Shown one piece after another: positions 40,027-51,636 of a stretch of DNA of 64,000 nucleotides; position 1 is the first letter of the stretch; each line of letters begins with the position of its first letter. Source of the stretch: Candidatus Poribacteria bacterium (lineage in GTDB: Bacteria; Poribacteria; WGA-4E; WGA-3G); NCBI GenBank assembly GCA_964291315.2, contig OZ219752.1:192001-256000 (forward strand), in the 5' to 3' direction. The notes beneath the pieces are model-generated. The model saw only the letters and a program-made list of their open reading frames with translations, was not told the origin of the DNA and did no database searches. The position numbers and the translations under genes were made by a program.

Positions 40027-41796
40027 ATGTCTTACGAGGTTCTCGCCCAAAAATGGCGTCCCCAAAAGTTCAGTGATGTTGTCGGGCAAGAGCACGTTAC
40101 GACTACCCTGAAGAATCAGATTTTGTCGGAGCGCGTTGGACATGCATACCTCTTCTGGGGGCCACGGGGCACTGGTAAGACGACTGTTGCCCGGATTTTT
40201 GCTAAGGCTGTCAACTGTCCTAACCGCCTTCAAGAAACCCAGTTTGATGAGACCCTAACCCCGGAACCCTGCAACGAATGTGGATTTTGTGATGAGATTT
40301 CGCACGGTAGGTCCCTGGATGTGTTTGAGATGGATGCTGCTTCCAACCGTGGCATCGATACTATTCGGGATCTCCGCGAAAACGTTAAGCTCTCTCCGGC
40401 TGCCTGTCGCTATAAAATCTATATCATAGATGAAGCACACATGCTGTCTTCGGAAGCTTTTAACGCCTTACTTAAAACGCTTGAAGAGCCGCCCCCACAT
40501 GTTATCTTCATCATGGCGACAACTGAGCATGCCAAGATTCCTAAAACCATCAGTTCTCGCTGCCAAGATTTCGATTTCCGACATCTAGAAGACGAAAAGA
40601 TAATAGAACGTTTGCAGCTGATTGTCAAAGACGAAGAGGTTTCGGTAGATTTGGACGTGCTCACACTCATCACTCGTCAGTCTGAAGGATGCCTCCGAGA
40701 CGCGGAGAACCTGTTAGAGCGCCTCATTGCCTCAGCAGGAAAAGATTTGACGATCGAGGCTGTTGAGCAAACTATTGGACTCGGCTCGTCTTCTCTGCTG
40801 CGTGACCTTGCTGTAGCAATTATAAAAAGGCATCTTGCGAAGGGATTGAAAACCCTAAATGACTTGACAAAGCAAGGAACTGATCTGTCGAAATGTCTCG
40901 ATCAACTCATCAGCTATTTCCGAGATCTCCGACTCTTGGCAATCGACAGCAACCTAAGCGAACTTATTCAGAGTCCTAAGTCAGATCTCCCTGAACTTAA
41001 ACAACAGGCTGAACAGATGTCGGTGAGGCGCCTATCTCGGATTGTTAGAATCTTGATGTATACGAGTCATGAGATCAGACAGTACGGATACCCGCAACTC
41101 CAATTAGAAACTGCATTCATTCAACTTAATTCACTTGAAGAAGGCATTTACCTCGGAAAGATTGTCGATAAATTATCGGCATTAGAGCGGAAATTTGATA
41201 CGGTAGGGGTTCCAACAACAGCGGAGATACCGCCGCGACAGGTTGCCGTACCTTCATCTGAAAACCCGAAAAATATACAAACTGCATTCCGGGGGCCTCC
41301 TTTAACCACATCCGGCAACGGTGCAGCGAGGGCATATGATGGCAAGCAACCTGCAACGCCGGCTTCACCCGCCTCGGGCGTATCGATTGCTTCACCGACC
41401 TCGCCGCCTATATGTTCACTATCAGAATTACCTGAATTTTGGGAGGAGATAAAATCGGGACTCCCTACAAGGATTTGTCATGGTCTACTTGCAGACTCCG
41501 TTCTATCTGTCAACGCTACCGATGTGGTTGAAATCGGGTGTTTGCCTTCATCTTTCCCTGTAATTATGGATCGCGACAAAGCAGCTATAATTGAGGCGCT
41601 GACGGAGGCTGTCGGTCAGCCTGTAAAGATTCGTCTAGTTGTTTTAGAAACTGTTCCTGGAGCCGCAGGAGCTAGGAACATGCCCGAACAGAAGAATCGG
41701 AAAACGCCACATATGCGGAAAGTAGAGGCTGAGGACGATCCACAACTTAAAACAGCGCTGACGCTCTTTAGGGCCACAGTTATAGGGACCGAATAA
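40027..41796 (+). CDS. dnaX: DNA polymerase III subunit gamma/tau
   Basis: MSYEVLAQKWRPQ, GPRGTGKT, IIDEAHML and SRC. Confidence 0.97.
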   Translation: MSYEVLAQKWRPQKFSDVVGQEHVTTTLKNQILSERVGHAYLFWGPRGTGKTTVARIFAKAVNCPNRLQETQFDETLTPEPCNECGFCDEISHGRSLDVFEMDAASNRGIDTIRDLRENVKLSPAACRYKIYIIDEAHMLSSEAFNALLKTLEEPPPHVIFIMATTEHAKIPKTISSRCQDFDFRHLEDEKIIERLQLIVKDEEVSVDLDVLTLITRQSEGCLRDAENLLERLIASAGKDLTIEAVEQTIGLGSSSLLRDLAVAIIKRHLAKGLKTLNDLTKQGTDLSKCLDQLISYFRDLRLLAIDSNLSELIQSPKSDLPELKQQAEQMSVRRLSRIVRILMYTSHEIRQYGYPQLQLETAFIQLNSLEEGIYLGKIVDKLSALERKFDTVGVPTTAEIPPRQVAVPSSENPKNIQTAFRGPPLTTSGNGAARAYDGKQPATPASPASGVSIASPTSPPICSLSELPEFWEEIKSGLPTRICHGLLADSVLSVNATDVVEIGCLPSSFPVIMDRDKAAIIEALTEAVGQPVKIRLVVLETVPGAAGARNMPEQKNRKTPHMRKVEAEDDPQLKTALTLFRATVIGTE

Positions 41797-41915
41797 CCGC
41801 GTCCGAATATGAAAGACATATTCTTATAAGGAAATTTCTATTGTACTAAGCATTTTTGTAAGGCGTCAACCGCTTATACGTATACGATATAAAATTGTTT
41901 GGAGGCAGAAAAACT

Positions 41916-42224
41916 ATGAAAATGAATGACCTGATGAAGCAGGCGCAACAGATGCAAAAGCGGATGCTTGAGATCCGTGAGGAACTTGCAAATAGAACAG
42001 TTGAAGCAACTGTCGGAGGCGGGATGGTAACAGCTATCGTCAATGGACAGCAGGAAATTGTTTCGCTCCATATTACCCCTGAAGTCGTTGATCCGGATGA
42101 TACTGAAATGCTTGAAGACTTGGTTGTCGCTGCTATTAATGAAGCACTGCAACAATCGCAAGAATTGATGTCCTCGGAAATGAATAAATTAACCGGTGGA
42201 CTTAAGATTCCAGGACTCCCCTAA
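41916..42224 (+). CDS. ybaB: YbaB/EbfC nucleoid-associated protein
   Basis: MKQAQQMQ, GGGMV and LEDLVVAAINEA; dnaX-ybaB-recR synteny. Confidence 0.95.
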   Translation: MKMNDLMKQAQQMQKRMLEIREELANRTVEATVGGGMVTAIVNGQQEIVSLHITPEVVDPDDTEMLEDLVVAAINEALQQSQELMSSEMNKLTGGLKIPGLP

Positions 42225-42282
42225 CCGGAATTGGGGCAAGGTTTAGATAACGCCTGCCTCTCGGGCTGCCCATCGTAAAAAA

Positions 42283-42897
42283 ATGCAAGAATACCCGAAA
42301 CCGCTAGCGAGACTTATTTCTGAGCTTCAGAAACTGCCAACAATTGGGCAAAAGACAGCGCAGCGCTTAGCATTTTTTATGCTAAAATTACCTGATAGCG
42401 AGACTGCCCAAATCGCAGATGCGATTGCACAAGTAAAGAATCTCTTAGGTTACTGCGGTATTTGTAGTGCTATTACAGATGCCAATCCGTGCTATATCTG
42501 TACAAACCCACGCCGCGACCAACAGATCGTCTGCGTTGTTGAAGAGTCTGATGACCTATGGGCAATTGAGCGAACGAATGGCTATAAGGGTCTTTACCAT
42601 GTCCTCGGAGGCGTTTTATCCCCATTAGATGGAACTGGGCCCGATGAACTCGGCATTAATAAACTTTTTCAACGGATTCGGCAACCTGCTGTAGCAACAG
42701 AGCCTATTCAGGAGGTAATACTCGCCACAAATTGGACCACTGAAGGCCAAGCGACGGCTCTCTACCTTACGCAGCACTTGGAAATGTTTGATGTCGCTGT
42801 TACTCGAATTGCTTACGGTATTCCGGTTGGTGGGGATCTAGAGTATATTGACGAGGTAACCCTTGCAAAGGCATTAGAGGGTAGGCGAAGAGCTTAA
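42283..42897 (+). CDS. recR: Recombination mediator RecR
   Basis: HhH LPTIGQKTAQR, C4 zinc finger, YHVLGG and RIAYGIPVG. Confidence 0.97.
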   Translation: MQEYPKPLARLISELQKLPTIGQKTAQRLAFFMLKLPDSETAQIADAIAQVKNLLGYCGICSAITDANPCYICTNPRRDQQIVCVVEESDDLWAIERTNGYKGLYHVLGGVLSPLDGTGPDELGINKLFQRIRQPAVATEPIQEVILATNWTTEGQATALYLTQHLEMFDVAVTRIAYGIPVGGDLEYIDEVTLAKALEGRRRA

Positions 42898-43890
42898 ATG
42901 AAAAAACAAACGTTCGTACTCATAGCACTCTTTATAGTGGTTAGTGGCCAGCTGTCAGCTGTTGGTAAAGAGGACGTTCTATCAGGAACCCGTGCAGGTG
43001 CTGCCACAAATGAGTTGCCGATAACTGGTAACCGACAACCAACAGCCGTCTTTGATGCACAACGTGCTTTTGCAATATTAGAAAAACAGTGTGAATTCGG
43101 ACCGCGCCCGCCCGGTTCGCCAGCACACCTTCAAACGCAGCAGTATTTGTTCACTGAGCTAGAAAAATATGCGAATAACGTAACATTCCAGCCGCATCAG
43201 CACAAAACACAGGGGGGCACACTTCAACTAAATAATATCTTAGCGGAATTTAATCCTGCTGCCTCAACCGTTCTGGGGAATGCCTCGAGTGCGGATACGC
43301 TCCTACTCGCTGCGCATTGGGATACGCGCCCCGTTGCTGACCGAGATCCAAAGCCCGAGAATCGAGATAAACCGATTCTCGGGGCCAATGATGGTGCTTC
43401 AGGGGTCGCTGTCCTTCTTGAGATTGCTAGGGTGTTAAAGCAACGACCACCGCCCCGTCGAGTGATTATCGTTCTTTTTGATGGGGAGGACTACGGTCTA
43501 TCGACGGATGACATGTTTATTGGTTCTCGTTACTTTGCCCAAAATCTGGGAAACTGGCGACCAGACTACGGCATACTGCTAGACATGGTTGGGGATAAAG
43601 ATTTGAGCATTCCAATAGAGGGTTACTCTTGGAGTGCAAATCGCGAATTCACCCAGGCAATCTGGGATCGGGCAGCAGCGCTCGCGTTGTCTCCGTTCCA
43701 ACAACGCTTAGGGGCGGCGATCTTGGACGATCATGTTCCACTCATCAAAGTAGGTATTCCAATGGTTAATATTATTGATTTCACGTATCCATATTGGCAT
43801 ACGGTTGAAGACACAGTTGACAAGTGTAGTCCAAAAAGCCTTGAAGTTGTCGGTACCCTGGTCATGAGTATTATTTATGATGGACTTTAA
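42898..43890 (+). CDS. M28 family peptidase / glutaminyl-cyclase-like secreted protein
   Basis: AHWDTRP, GANDGASG, FDGED, DDH and WHT.ED. Confidence 0.9.
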   Translation: MKKQTFVLIALFIVVSGQLSAVGKEDVLSGTRAGAATNELPITGNRQPTAVFDAQRAFAILEKQCEFGPRPPGSPAHLQTQQYLFTELEKYANNVTFQPHQHKTQGGTLQLNNILAEFNPAASTVLGNASSADTLLLAAHWDTRPVADRDPKPENRDKPILGANDGASGVAVLLEIARVLKQRPPPRRVIIVLFDGEDYGLSTDDMFIGSRYFAQNLGNWRPDYGILLDMVGDKDLSIPIEGYSWSANREFTQAIWDRAAALALSPFQQRLGAAILDDHVPLIKVGIPMVNIIDFTYPYWHTVEDTVDKCSPKSLEVVGTLVMSIIYDGL

Positions 43891-43928
43891 TCAAATTTTG
43901 TGGTCTTCTTTGCTAACAGGGAAGAGAT

Positions 43929-45833
43929 ATGAATACGTATCAGAAACATTACGATGTTATTGTAGTTGGAGCAGGACACGCGGGGTGTGAGGCTGGGCTT
44001 GCCGCTGCGCGGATGGGATGTGAAACACTCATTCTCACTATCAATCTTGATACAATCGCAAAAATGTCTTGTAACCCGGCTATCGGCGGTCTTGCGAAGG
44101 GACATCTTGTTAAAGAAATTGATGCCCTCGGGGGCGAGATGGCGAAGAACATTGATAAAACAGGCATTCAATTCCGGCGTCTAAATACCAAAAAGGGGCC
44201 AGCGGTTAGGTCGAGTCGGGCGCAAGCGGATAAGAAGGCGTACCAAGATGAAATGAAACGCGTCTTAGAGGCGCAAGAACGACTTGACATCAAACAGGTA
44301 CTCGTGGAAGAGCTCCTCGTTGAAAACGGCAAATGCGTTGGAATTCTCAGTCAGACGCGGACTGCCTATTTGGGTGAAGCTGTAATTCTTACGACCGGAA
44401 CTTTCTTGCAAGGCATAATTCATATCGGTGATGTTTCGTATAAGGCGGGTAGAGCGGGGGAATCCTCTGCGGAGAAGCTGTCGGAGAGTTTTTTGAACCT
44501 CGGCTTTGAAATTGGTAGACTCAAAACAGGTACTCCCCCTCGCGTCAATGCGCACACAATTGACTTCAGCCAGATGGAAATTCAACCTGGTGATGAAGAA
44601 CCACTCCCTTTCTCCTTCACAACCGAACGGATTACGCAGCCCCAACTGCCCTGTTATCTGACTTACACGAATGAAAAAACCCATGCCATTATCCGTGAAA
44701 ATCTTCATCGGTCTGCAATGTACAGTGGTCGTATTGTTGGCATCGGCCCCCGGTATTGTCCGTCGATTGAGGACAAAATTGTTCGCTTCGCCGAAAAAAC
44801 TGGGCATCAAGTTTTCGTCGAACCGGAGGGTAGAGCTACAGAGGAAGTCTACCTAAACGGAATTTCTGCAAGTTTACCTGAAGATGTGCAGGTGAAGATG
44901 GTGCACAGTATCAAGGGGCTAGAGAGCGCTGAAATCATGCGCTTCGGATACGCTGTTGAATACGATTTTGCTCCGGCGACCCAGCTGCGGTCAACCCTTG
45001 AGACGAAGCTCGTCTCTGGTCTCTATTTCGCGGGACAACTCAATGGCACGACCGGCTATGAGGAAGCCGCTGCGCAGGGGCTTATGGCAGGGATCAATGC
45101 AGCTTTAAAGGTGAAAGGTGAAAAACCGCTTGTTCTTGACAGGGCACAAGCCTACATAGCCGTGCTGTTGGACGACCTTGTCACCTTGGACATTCGTGAA
45201 CCTTACCGGATGTTCACATCTCGTGCTGAATATAGACTCACATTGCGAGAGGACAATGCTGATCTAAGGCTTACTGAAGTAGGGAGACAGATTGGACTCG
45301 TCGAAGACAATAGATATCGCCAATTTCAGAAGAAATCCGAAAATATCCAAACAGAATTGAGGCGGTTGCAGAAGACCGTTCTCAGACCGGGACACCCACC
45401 GTTTACTAGAGATGGGGAGGGCGTGCCTATTGAGATCTGGACGAATATAGCTAAAACGGGTGAATTAAAACAACCTACCTCCTTGGCAGAACTGCTGAGA
45501 CGTCCTGAGCTTCATTATGGAGAAATAAGCCAGCTTGCACCATCACCGGAAATTCTGTCAGAAGTCGTAAAGGAGCAAGTAGAGATTCAAATTAAATACG
45601 ACGGCTACATTCAACGACAGCAGCGACAAATTCACCAATTCAAAAAGATGGAGAACTTCCTAATACCCGAGTCATTTGACTACATGGATGTTCCTGGGTT
45701 AAAGGCGGAAGCCCGTGAGAAACTCATGCAGATCAGGCCTACTTCTATCGGACAAGCCTCGCGCCTGCCTGGGGTTTCGCCTGCTGATGTCTCAATATTA
45801 ACAGTTGTTCTTCATAGATACAACGCAACATAA
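43929..45833 (+). CDS. mnmG: tRNA uridine-34 modification enzyme MnmG (GidA)
   Basis: [26 protein letters not shown] and [12 protein letters not shown]. Confidence 0.98.
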   Translation: MNTYQKHYDVIVVGAGHAGCEAGLAAARMGCETLILTINLDTIAKMSCNPAIGGLAKGHLVKEIDALGGEMAKNIDKTGIQFRRLNTKKGPAVRSSRAQADKKAYQDEMKRVLEAQERLDIKQVLVEELLVENGKCVGILSQTRTAYLGEAVILTTGTFLQGIIHIGDVSYKAGRAGESSAEKLSESFLNLGFEIGRLKTGTPPRVNAHTIDFSQMEIQPGDEEPLPFSFTTERITQPQLPCYLTYTNEKTHAIIRENLHRSAMYSGRIVGIGPRYCPSIEDKIVRFAEKTGHQVFVEPEGRATEEVYLNGISASLPEDVQVKMVHSIKGLESAEIMRFGYAVEYDFAPATQLRSTLETKLVSGLYFAGQLNGTTGYEEAAAQGLMAGINAALKVKGEKPLVLDRAQAYIAVLLDDLVTLDIREPYRMFTSRAEYRLTLREDNADLRLTEVGRQIGLVEDNRYRQFQKKSENIQTELRRLQKTVLRPGHPPFTRDGEGVPIEIWTNIAKTGELKQPTSLAELLRRPELHYGEISQLAPSPEILSEVVKEQVEIQIKYDGYIQRQQRQIHQFKKMENFLIPESFDYMDVPGLKAEAREKLMQIRPTSIGQASRLPGVSPADVSILTVVLHRYNAT

Positions 45834-45925
45834 TTGTCGGCAGAAGGGCGTGTGGACGCTATCTATGTCGCCGGCACCTATCACACATTCTCCTACTGGC
45901 TGAAAGCTGATGGTCATAAAAATAA

Positions 45926-46594
45926 TTGGTAAATTATAGACAGCACTTAAAAGAAGCGTTTAATGATTACGGATTTCCCTTGAAGACACATCAAGTCGCA
46001 CAACTTGCCCGATACCGGGATGAGTTACTGCGTTGGAATGCATGTATGAATTTAACCGCAATCACGAATGATGAGGAGATTATTCATAAACATTTTCTTG
46101 ACTCACTGAGTATCTTGAAATACATTACTTTGGAAGATGGTGATGCCGTTATTGATGTCGGGACAGGTGCTGGATTTCCAGGAGTTGTACTCAAAATCTA
46201 TGTGCCTGGGATCCGGCTAACACTCGTCGAATCTTCAGAAAAGAAAGCAAGTTTTCTAAAGTTTCTTGTTCCACAATTGCAGTTGCATCAAATGGGGAGC
46301 GTTGCAATACTCGCTGAGCGCGCGGAAGTTTCTATACAGAACCAAGTCCACCTTGCGGCATACGATTGGCTTTTTACTCGTTATGTTGCTACCATTGCAG
46401 ATTCAGCAAATTATTGTCTGCCCTTGCTAAAGGTGGGCGGCAAGTGGATAGCTTACAAGTCTATCGAGAATAACATTAGAGCTGAAGTCGACAAAAGTAC
46501 GACGCGTCTCAATAGCCTCGGCGGAACAGTTGAAACCGTCATTACGAGCCCGAAATTTAACCGGAGTTATGTTGTGATGTGCCGTGTTAGATAG
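45926..46594 (+). CDS. rsmG: 16S rRNA m7G527 methyltransferase RsmG (GidB)
   Basis: NLTAI, HFLDSL and DVGTGAGFPG. Confidence 0.95.
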   Translation: MVNYRQHLKEAFNDYGFPLKTHQVAQLARYRDELLRWNACMNLTAITNDEEIIHKHFLDSLSILKYITLEDGDAVIDVGTGAGFPGVVLKIYVPGIRLTLVESSEKKASFLKFLVPQLQLHQMGSVAILAERAEVSIQNQVHLAAYDWLFTRYVATIADSANYCLPLLKVGGKWIAYKSIENNIRAEVDKSTTRLNSLGGTVETVITSPKFNRSYVVMCRVR

Positions 46595-46739
46595 TGTGTC
46601 TAACAGCGGAGAATAAAGATTTTCGTATGCAAGGCGTCGTATAAGCAGGGCATGAAGCCTAAAAGATTCGCGTTGTAGGAAACTAGAACGGCATTTTCAA
46701 AAGTATAATTTGGCTAAATAAGATACTGAGGAAAAATCT

Positions 46740-47078
46740 ATGAATTTCGATACAACAATTGGGGAAAAAAATATTCCTATTCTTCATGTAGAGGGAAAAA
46801 TTCTCGGAAATGCAGCTGATATATTTCGCACGGAAATGAAACAGCAACTTCAAATAGCGAGCGGTAAGCTAGTTGTTGATTTGATGAATGTGCCCTTAAT
46901 TGACAGCAATGCGTTAGGGGCGATTGTACTCATAGTGAAATATTGTCAGGAATCGGGCGGTAAATTAGTTTTGCTCAATCCACAGAAAGCTGTCCGCGAT
47001 GTTTTAGAGGTAACCCAGCTTGCAACCGTTGTTGAAATTTATGACACAGAGGAGAGCGCTAGTGCCGCTTTAATGTAA
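46740..47078 (+). CDS. STAS anti-sigma-factor antagonist
   Basis: VVDLMNVPLIDSNALG. Confidence 0.9.
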   Translation: MNFDTTIGEKNIPILHVEGKILGNAADIFRTEMKQQLQIASGKLVVDLMNVPLIDSNALGAIVLIVKYCQESGGKLVLLNPQKAVRDVLEVTQLATVVEIYDTEESASAALM

Positions 47079-47134
47079 CAAAACAGAACCTGCCCGCAAA
47101 AATTGCCGTGATGAAGACGGGAGGTAAGGATCCT

Positions 47135-49522
47135 ATGGAGCGTTCTCGATTTAAGGTCGGGTTGCGAGGTCAACAGATTGTCCTCTTTCTGTTAGTTGCC
47201 CTGATGCCGTTGTTTGCTGTTTCATTAGTCATAAAAATTCTTGGGGAGAATGCTCTCAAGGACAATGTTGGAGAAAGCCTCGTACTCCTTGCCGAAGAAA
47301 AACTTGCACGCGCAGATGATGCTATCTTCCAACGGATCGCAAACATTCAAGCGGAGCTGCCGAACATCAAAGCAGCGGTTGTGCGATCGAATAGTGCGCA
47401 AGGCCAGCAAGCAGTATTTTTGAGCGTATGGGCGCGACTAGAAGACAGTGTTCGTTTGCTTGAGACTTATGCTGGCTATAAAACTGAGGTAACGATCACA
47501 AATGCTTCGGGCTACGTCCTACGCTCGAACAACCGACAGTTGGATTACGACACAACAAAGAAACGTCCGTATACCATAAAAGACAAGAAGTGGTGGAAAA
47601 GAGCTTACAATAATGGAATAGGCTACCAATTTGTGGAAGATGTCATTTATGATAGGGTGCGCGGGATATACATTCTGCCAATCGCGTTCCCTATACGCAC
47701 AGATGTTAAGATTTCTAGTTCGCGACAGGAAAAGAATACAGTCGGGGTGCTCAGAACAATTTTGTTGCTGCCTGAGCTTGCCAGTTTAGTCAAGGCGCGA
47801 GGTGAGCTAGCGGGAACATATACCGTTTTAACGAATGATTCTGGTAAAATCATAGCAGCTTCGGCTGAAAGCGGATATCGTATAGATAATTACATGGAGA
47901 TGAATAATGCTGTAGAAGAAGCAATTATTGAGGGGAAAAAGGGCAGTAGTGGGAAGTATTATGACTATGAATCGGACGGTGAAACGGACGCCCTCGGTGA
48001 AGAGCGTGTCTACGGTTGGGCGCGGACTCGGGCTTCGACTGCCGAACCCTGGAAGGTACAACAGAATTTTAGCAATTGGATACTCTTTATTTCTCGTCCT
48101 ACCTCTTCGGCTTACGCCGGGGTCGTTAAGCTAAGTAGGTACATTTTTTATGTTACCATTGCATCAAGCGGTATCGTTGTAATTATTGCCTGCTGGGCTG
48201 CCCAAAGGATAGCAAGACCGATATTGGAAGTGGCGGCGGCAGCGGACAGCATTGGACAAGGAGAATTTGACAGTCAAATTCGCGTTCAGAGCGATGATGA
48301 AGTCGGAGTACTCGCCGAAAAATTTAATGAAATGCGACACAACCTCAAAATTGCGGTTGAGAAACTAAGGCAAGAAGAGAAAAAGCTTACCGCTATTGTT
48401 GAGAACCTCGGTGAAGGGCTTGTTGTTGTTGAACTCGATGGACAAGTGTTATATGTTAATCCTGTAGCTGAGCGCCTTTTGGATATTGGAAGAACTGCTG
48501 GCTATCAAAATTTTATCGATGTTGATACGGAAATCGGCACGATCACTTGGAGGAAGCGATTAATCGGCGCAGCAGATGTGACTGCACATACAAAAACGGT
48601 TGATCTAAAAATCTTGTCCTCTGCACCGCACCGGATAGAGCGTCACCAAGCAATGATTGCCGAGATGGAAGTCAATCGGAATCACTCAGATACTGAAAAG
48701 CGGGTGCTTCGGATTATAGCTAGTCATTTTTCTGATGAGGCTAATAATGTGGCAGGAACTGTTTATGTCTTTGATGACATCACACATCAGCACGAAATAG
48801 AGCAGATGAAATCGGAATTCGTTTCATTGGTGTCCCATGAATTGCGGACGCCCTTAACCTCTATTATCGGATTTATTTCGCTGATACTTGATGGAAAAAC
48901 AGGGAGAATAAATCAGAAACAGTATGAAAGTTTGACTCGAGCACACCGCCAGTCAAAGCGCCTCGCTGACCTTATCAACGATTTGCTTGATATCTCCCGC
49001 ATTGAGGCGGGACGTATTGAGATGAAGCGGGAGCAGGTCCAAGTAGACCGGATCGCTAGACGGAGGATTGAAGAACTCCGCCCGCAAGCGGATGAAAAAG
49101 CTATCGCTTTGTTATTGGATGCTAAACCGGGCCTGCCGGTATTGATTTCCGATGCAGATCGGATTGGACAAGTCTTTATTAATCTCATCGGAAACGCGAT
49201 TAAGTTTACCCCCTATGGTGGGAAAGTGACGGTGAGAATATCAACATCTCCGCGGAATGTAAGCCCTGCCGAGGGGATTCATGTTGAAATCATTGACACG
49301 GGCCCCGGCATCCCGCCTGAAGACCGCGAAAAAGTTTTTGATAAATTCCAGCAACTCAGGAACGATCGAACGCAACAGCAGGGCGGCACCGGATTAGGGC
49401 TCTCAATTGCCTCTAGGATAGTTGAAGCGCACCGAGGAAGACTATGGGTCGATACCGGTGATAACGGTCAAGGCTGCAACTTCCAATTTTTTATCCCGAG
49501 AGGACAAGAGGAAAATGGCTGA
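47135..49522 (+). CDS. Cache-HAMP-PAS sensor histidine kinase
   Basis: Two TM helices around a periplasmic domain, HAMP, PAS, SHELRTPL, NAIKFT and GTGLGL. Confidence 0.93.
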   Translation: MERSRFKVGLRGQQIVLFLLVALMPLFAVSLVIKILGENALKDNVGESLVLLAEEKLARADDAIFQRIANIQAELPNIKAAVVRSNSAQGQQAVFLSVWARLEDSVRLLETYAGYKTEVTITNASGYVLRSNNRQLDYDTTKKRPYTIKDKKWWKRAYNNGIGYQFVEDVIYDRVRGIYILPIAFPIRTDVKISSSRQEKNTVGVLRTILLLPELASLVKARGELAGTYTVLTNDSGKIIAASAESGYRIDNYMEMNNAVEEAIIEGKKGSSGKYYDYESDGETDALGEERVYGWARTRASTAEPWKVQQNFSNWILFISRPTSSAYAGVVKLSRYIFYVTIASSGIVVIIACWAAQRIARPILEVAAAADSIGQGEFDSQIRVQSDDEVGVLAEKFNEMRHNLKIAVEKLRQEEKKLTAIVENLGEGLVVVELDGQVLYVNPVAERLLDIGRTAGYQNFIDVDTEIGTITWRKRLIGAADVTAHTKTVDLKILSSAPHRIERHQAMIAEMEVNRNHSDTEKRVLRIIASHFSDEANNVAGTVYVFDDITHQHEIEQMKSEFVSLVSHELRTPLTSIIGFISLILDGKTGRINQKQYESLTRAHRQSKRLADLINDLLDISRIEAGRIEMKREQVQVDRIARRRIEELRPQADEKAIALLLDAKPGLPVLISDADRIGQVFINLIGNAIKFTPYGGKVTVRISTSPRNVSPAEGIHVEIIDTGPGIPPEDREKVFDKFQQLRNDRTQQQGGTGLGLSIASRIVEAHRGRLWVDTGDNGQGCNFQFFIPRGQEENG

Positions 49523-50759
49523 AACAATTTTAGTTGTTGATGATGATCTAGACATTCTTGAGCTGCTCAGGATGAACTTGGAACCTGAGGGATACGATGT
49601 ACGGACCGCGAGTGACGGCAAGCAGGCAGTGGAAGTCGCCTTCGTGAACCCACCGGATCTTATTCTTCTTGATGTCATGATGCCGCATAAAGATGGCTTC
49701 CAAGTCATTGAAGAACTGAAAACCAGGGAGGAGACTAAAACTGTTCCCGTTATTCTCCTCACGGCGCGTGGCCAAACGGAGGACAAGGTTCAAGGATTAG
49801 ATGCCGGTGCAGATGATTACATTACTAAACCGTTTGATCTCCCCGAGGTGACAGCGCGGGTTAAGGCGGTTCTCGGAAGAACACAGCCCATCAAATATAT
49901 CAATCCGCTTATGCGTGCAATGGGGGCTGGATTCAACGAGGCAGGCATTCAACAGCTCGCTGGACATCTGCAAGCTGCCGCTGCTATTCAGAAAAAGCTG
50001 TTACCAGAGCGAGCCCCTGATTTTCAAGGGTTTGACATCGGTATCCTTCTTCAGAGTTCTATGTCAGTTTCTGGAGATTTCTACGATTTCATTCCGTTAA
50101 GTGATACACGCCTCGGGGTCGTCCTTGCTGATGTCAAGGGAAGCGGAATCCCCGCAGCACTTTTGATGGTGATGATTCGTACAGCGCTGCGTCTACTCTG
50201 TCGGGAAGAGGAAGATCCTGCTTTAATTCTCAAACGGATTAATGATTTGGTTGTCCGGGACACTGAGGCGACCCTCTTTGCAACAATGATTTATGGGGTA
50301 CTGGACACGGCGACTTCCACCTTCGCCTATGCTAACGGTGGACACTGCCACCCGTTGCACCGGAAAAGTACGGGGATAATAGATGTTTTAAAAACGAGCA
50401 GCATGTTGGTTGGTGCATTTGAAGAAGCGGTGTTTGCAAGTAATACCTGCCGCTTAGCCCCGGGGGATATTGTTGTTTTCTACACAGACGGTATTACTGA
50501 AACTAACGGTGGCGATGCCCCGAGGCTTCATCAAGATAAGGGAGCATTGGAAAATTCAGAGGAAGCTAACGTATGTCAGGCAGCAACCCCGGCGGATATG
50601 TTTTATGGTCAGCATCAACTTGCTGCCTGCGTTTCTAAAAACGCTGAATTGTCTGCATCGGCATTATGTGAGGCAATTGTCGAAGACTTATCCGTGTTTT
50701 CTGGAAGCACAGAACCTCATGACGACAGAGCTTTAGTTGTGATCAAACGCAACGTTTGA
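49515..50759 (+). CDS. Receiver-PP2C (RsbU/SpoIIE-type) phosphatase
   Basis: Receiver domain followed by SGDFYD, DVKGSG, YTDG and DD; start overlaps the kinase stop. Confidence 0.93.
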   Translation: MAETILVVDDDLDILELLRMNLEPEGYDVRTASDGKQAVEVAFVNPPDLILLDVMMPHKDGFQVIEELKTREETKTVPVILLTARGQTEDKVQGLDAGADDYITKPFDLPEVTARVKAVLGRTQPIKYINPLMRAMGAGFNEAGIQQLAGHLQAAAAIQKKLLPERAPDFQGFDIGILLQSSMSVSGDFYDFIPLSDTRLGVVLADVKGSGIPAALLMVMIRTALRLLCREEEDPALILKRINDLVVRDTEATLFATMIYGVLDTATSTFAYANGGHCHPLHRKSTGIIDVLKTSSMLVGAFEEAVFASNTCRLAPGDIVVFYTDGITETNGGDAPRLHQDKGALENSEEANVCQAATPADMFYGQHQLAACVSKNAELSASALCEAIVEDLSVFSGSTEPHDDRALVVIKRNV

Positions 50760-50997
50760 ATTAAAACGGGCATTCGTTATGGTTTTGCTTGTATAGCATG
50801 CTTTTAACGTGATGAATATTATTCAGTTATTTTCTGGATTCGCTTTTCGGGTCTAAGATCTCGGCAGATTAACCGTATTTTCAGCTGTAGTCGAGAAAAT
50901 TACTGAATTAAATTTCTCAACGTCATCAAGCTAAAACTTAAACTAAAATTACAAAAGACGGGCTTACTCTCAAAACCCGTAAAGAAGGAGCTTCAAC

Positions 50998-51411
50998 GTG
51001 GGCGAGAGAACTGAACAGGTTATTACGCTTTCTCTCCCAAGCTCAATGCAACATGTTTACCTCCTCGATGTTGTCGTCACTGAGATATTAAAAGAGATGA
51101 GTTTCAGTGAGGATATCCAAGAGCAGATTAACCTTGCTGTCATTGAAGCGGGTACAAATGCAATCAAGCACGGCAATAAAGAGGACCTCGGCAAAAAAGC
51201 CGCTTTTGACTTCATTCTTGCTGAGGATAGACTAACCATTGTCATTGAGGACGAGGGAGACGGATTCACGCGTCAAGAGGTCGCAGATCCACTGCACCCA
51301 GAGAATTTACTCAAAAGCAGTGGGAGGGGTCTATTTTTGATGGAGTCTTGTATGGACTCTGTAACTTATGAAGCCAAAGGCACGATTATTAAAATGGTGA
51401 AATATAAATAG
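50998..51411 (+). CDS. RsbW-type anti-sigma factor / Ser kinase
   Basis: EAGTNAIKHG, DEGDGF and GRGLFLM. Confidence 0.92.
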   Translation: MGERTEQVITLSLPSSMQHVYLLDVVVTEILKEMSFSEDIQEQINLAVIEAGTNAIKHGNKEDLGKKAAFDFILAEDRLTIVIEDEGDGFTRQEVADPLHPENLLKSSGRGLFLMESCMDSVTYEAKGTIIKMVKYK

Positions 51412-51636
51412 ACACCAGAACTATAACCTTATCCAATTTTAAATCCGTGCAAATTTGTGAACATCACCTGGGTTGAAAACCGCTTACGAGATGGCTTACA
51501 GGTTGTATCCAAACCGCTGCGTTTGTACGTTTCAATTTGTCAAAATGGAAATTCATTTTCCAGACGAAGGCGCGCAGATTCACACACGGATTAATCCCTA
51601 ACACTTATAGACATTTCAAATCTTCAAGGAATTTTT

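Noticed and set aside
40027-41796. Programmed frameshift in dnaX
   Set aside because: No A AAA AAG slippery site or long A-run was noticed at the expected position.
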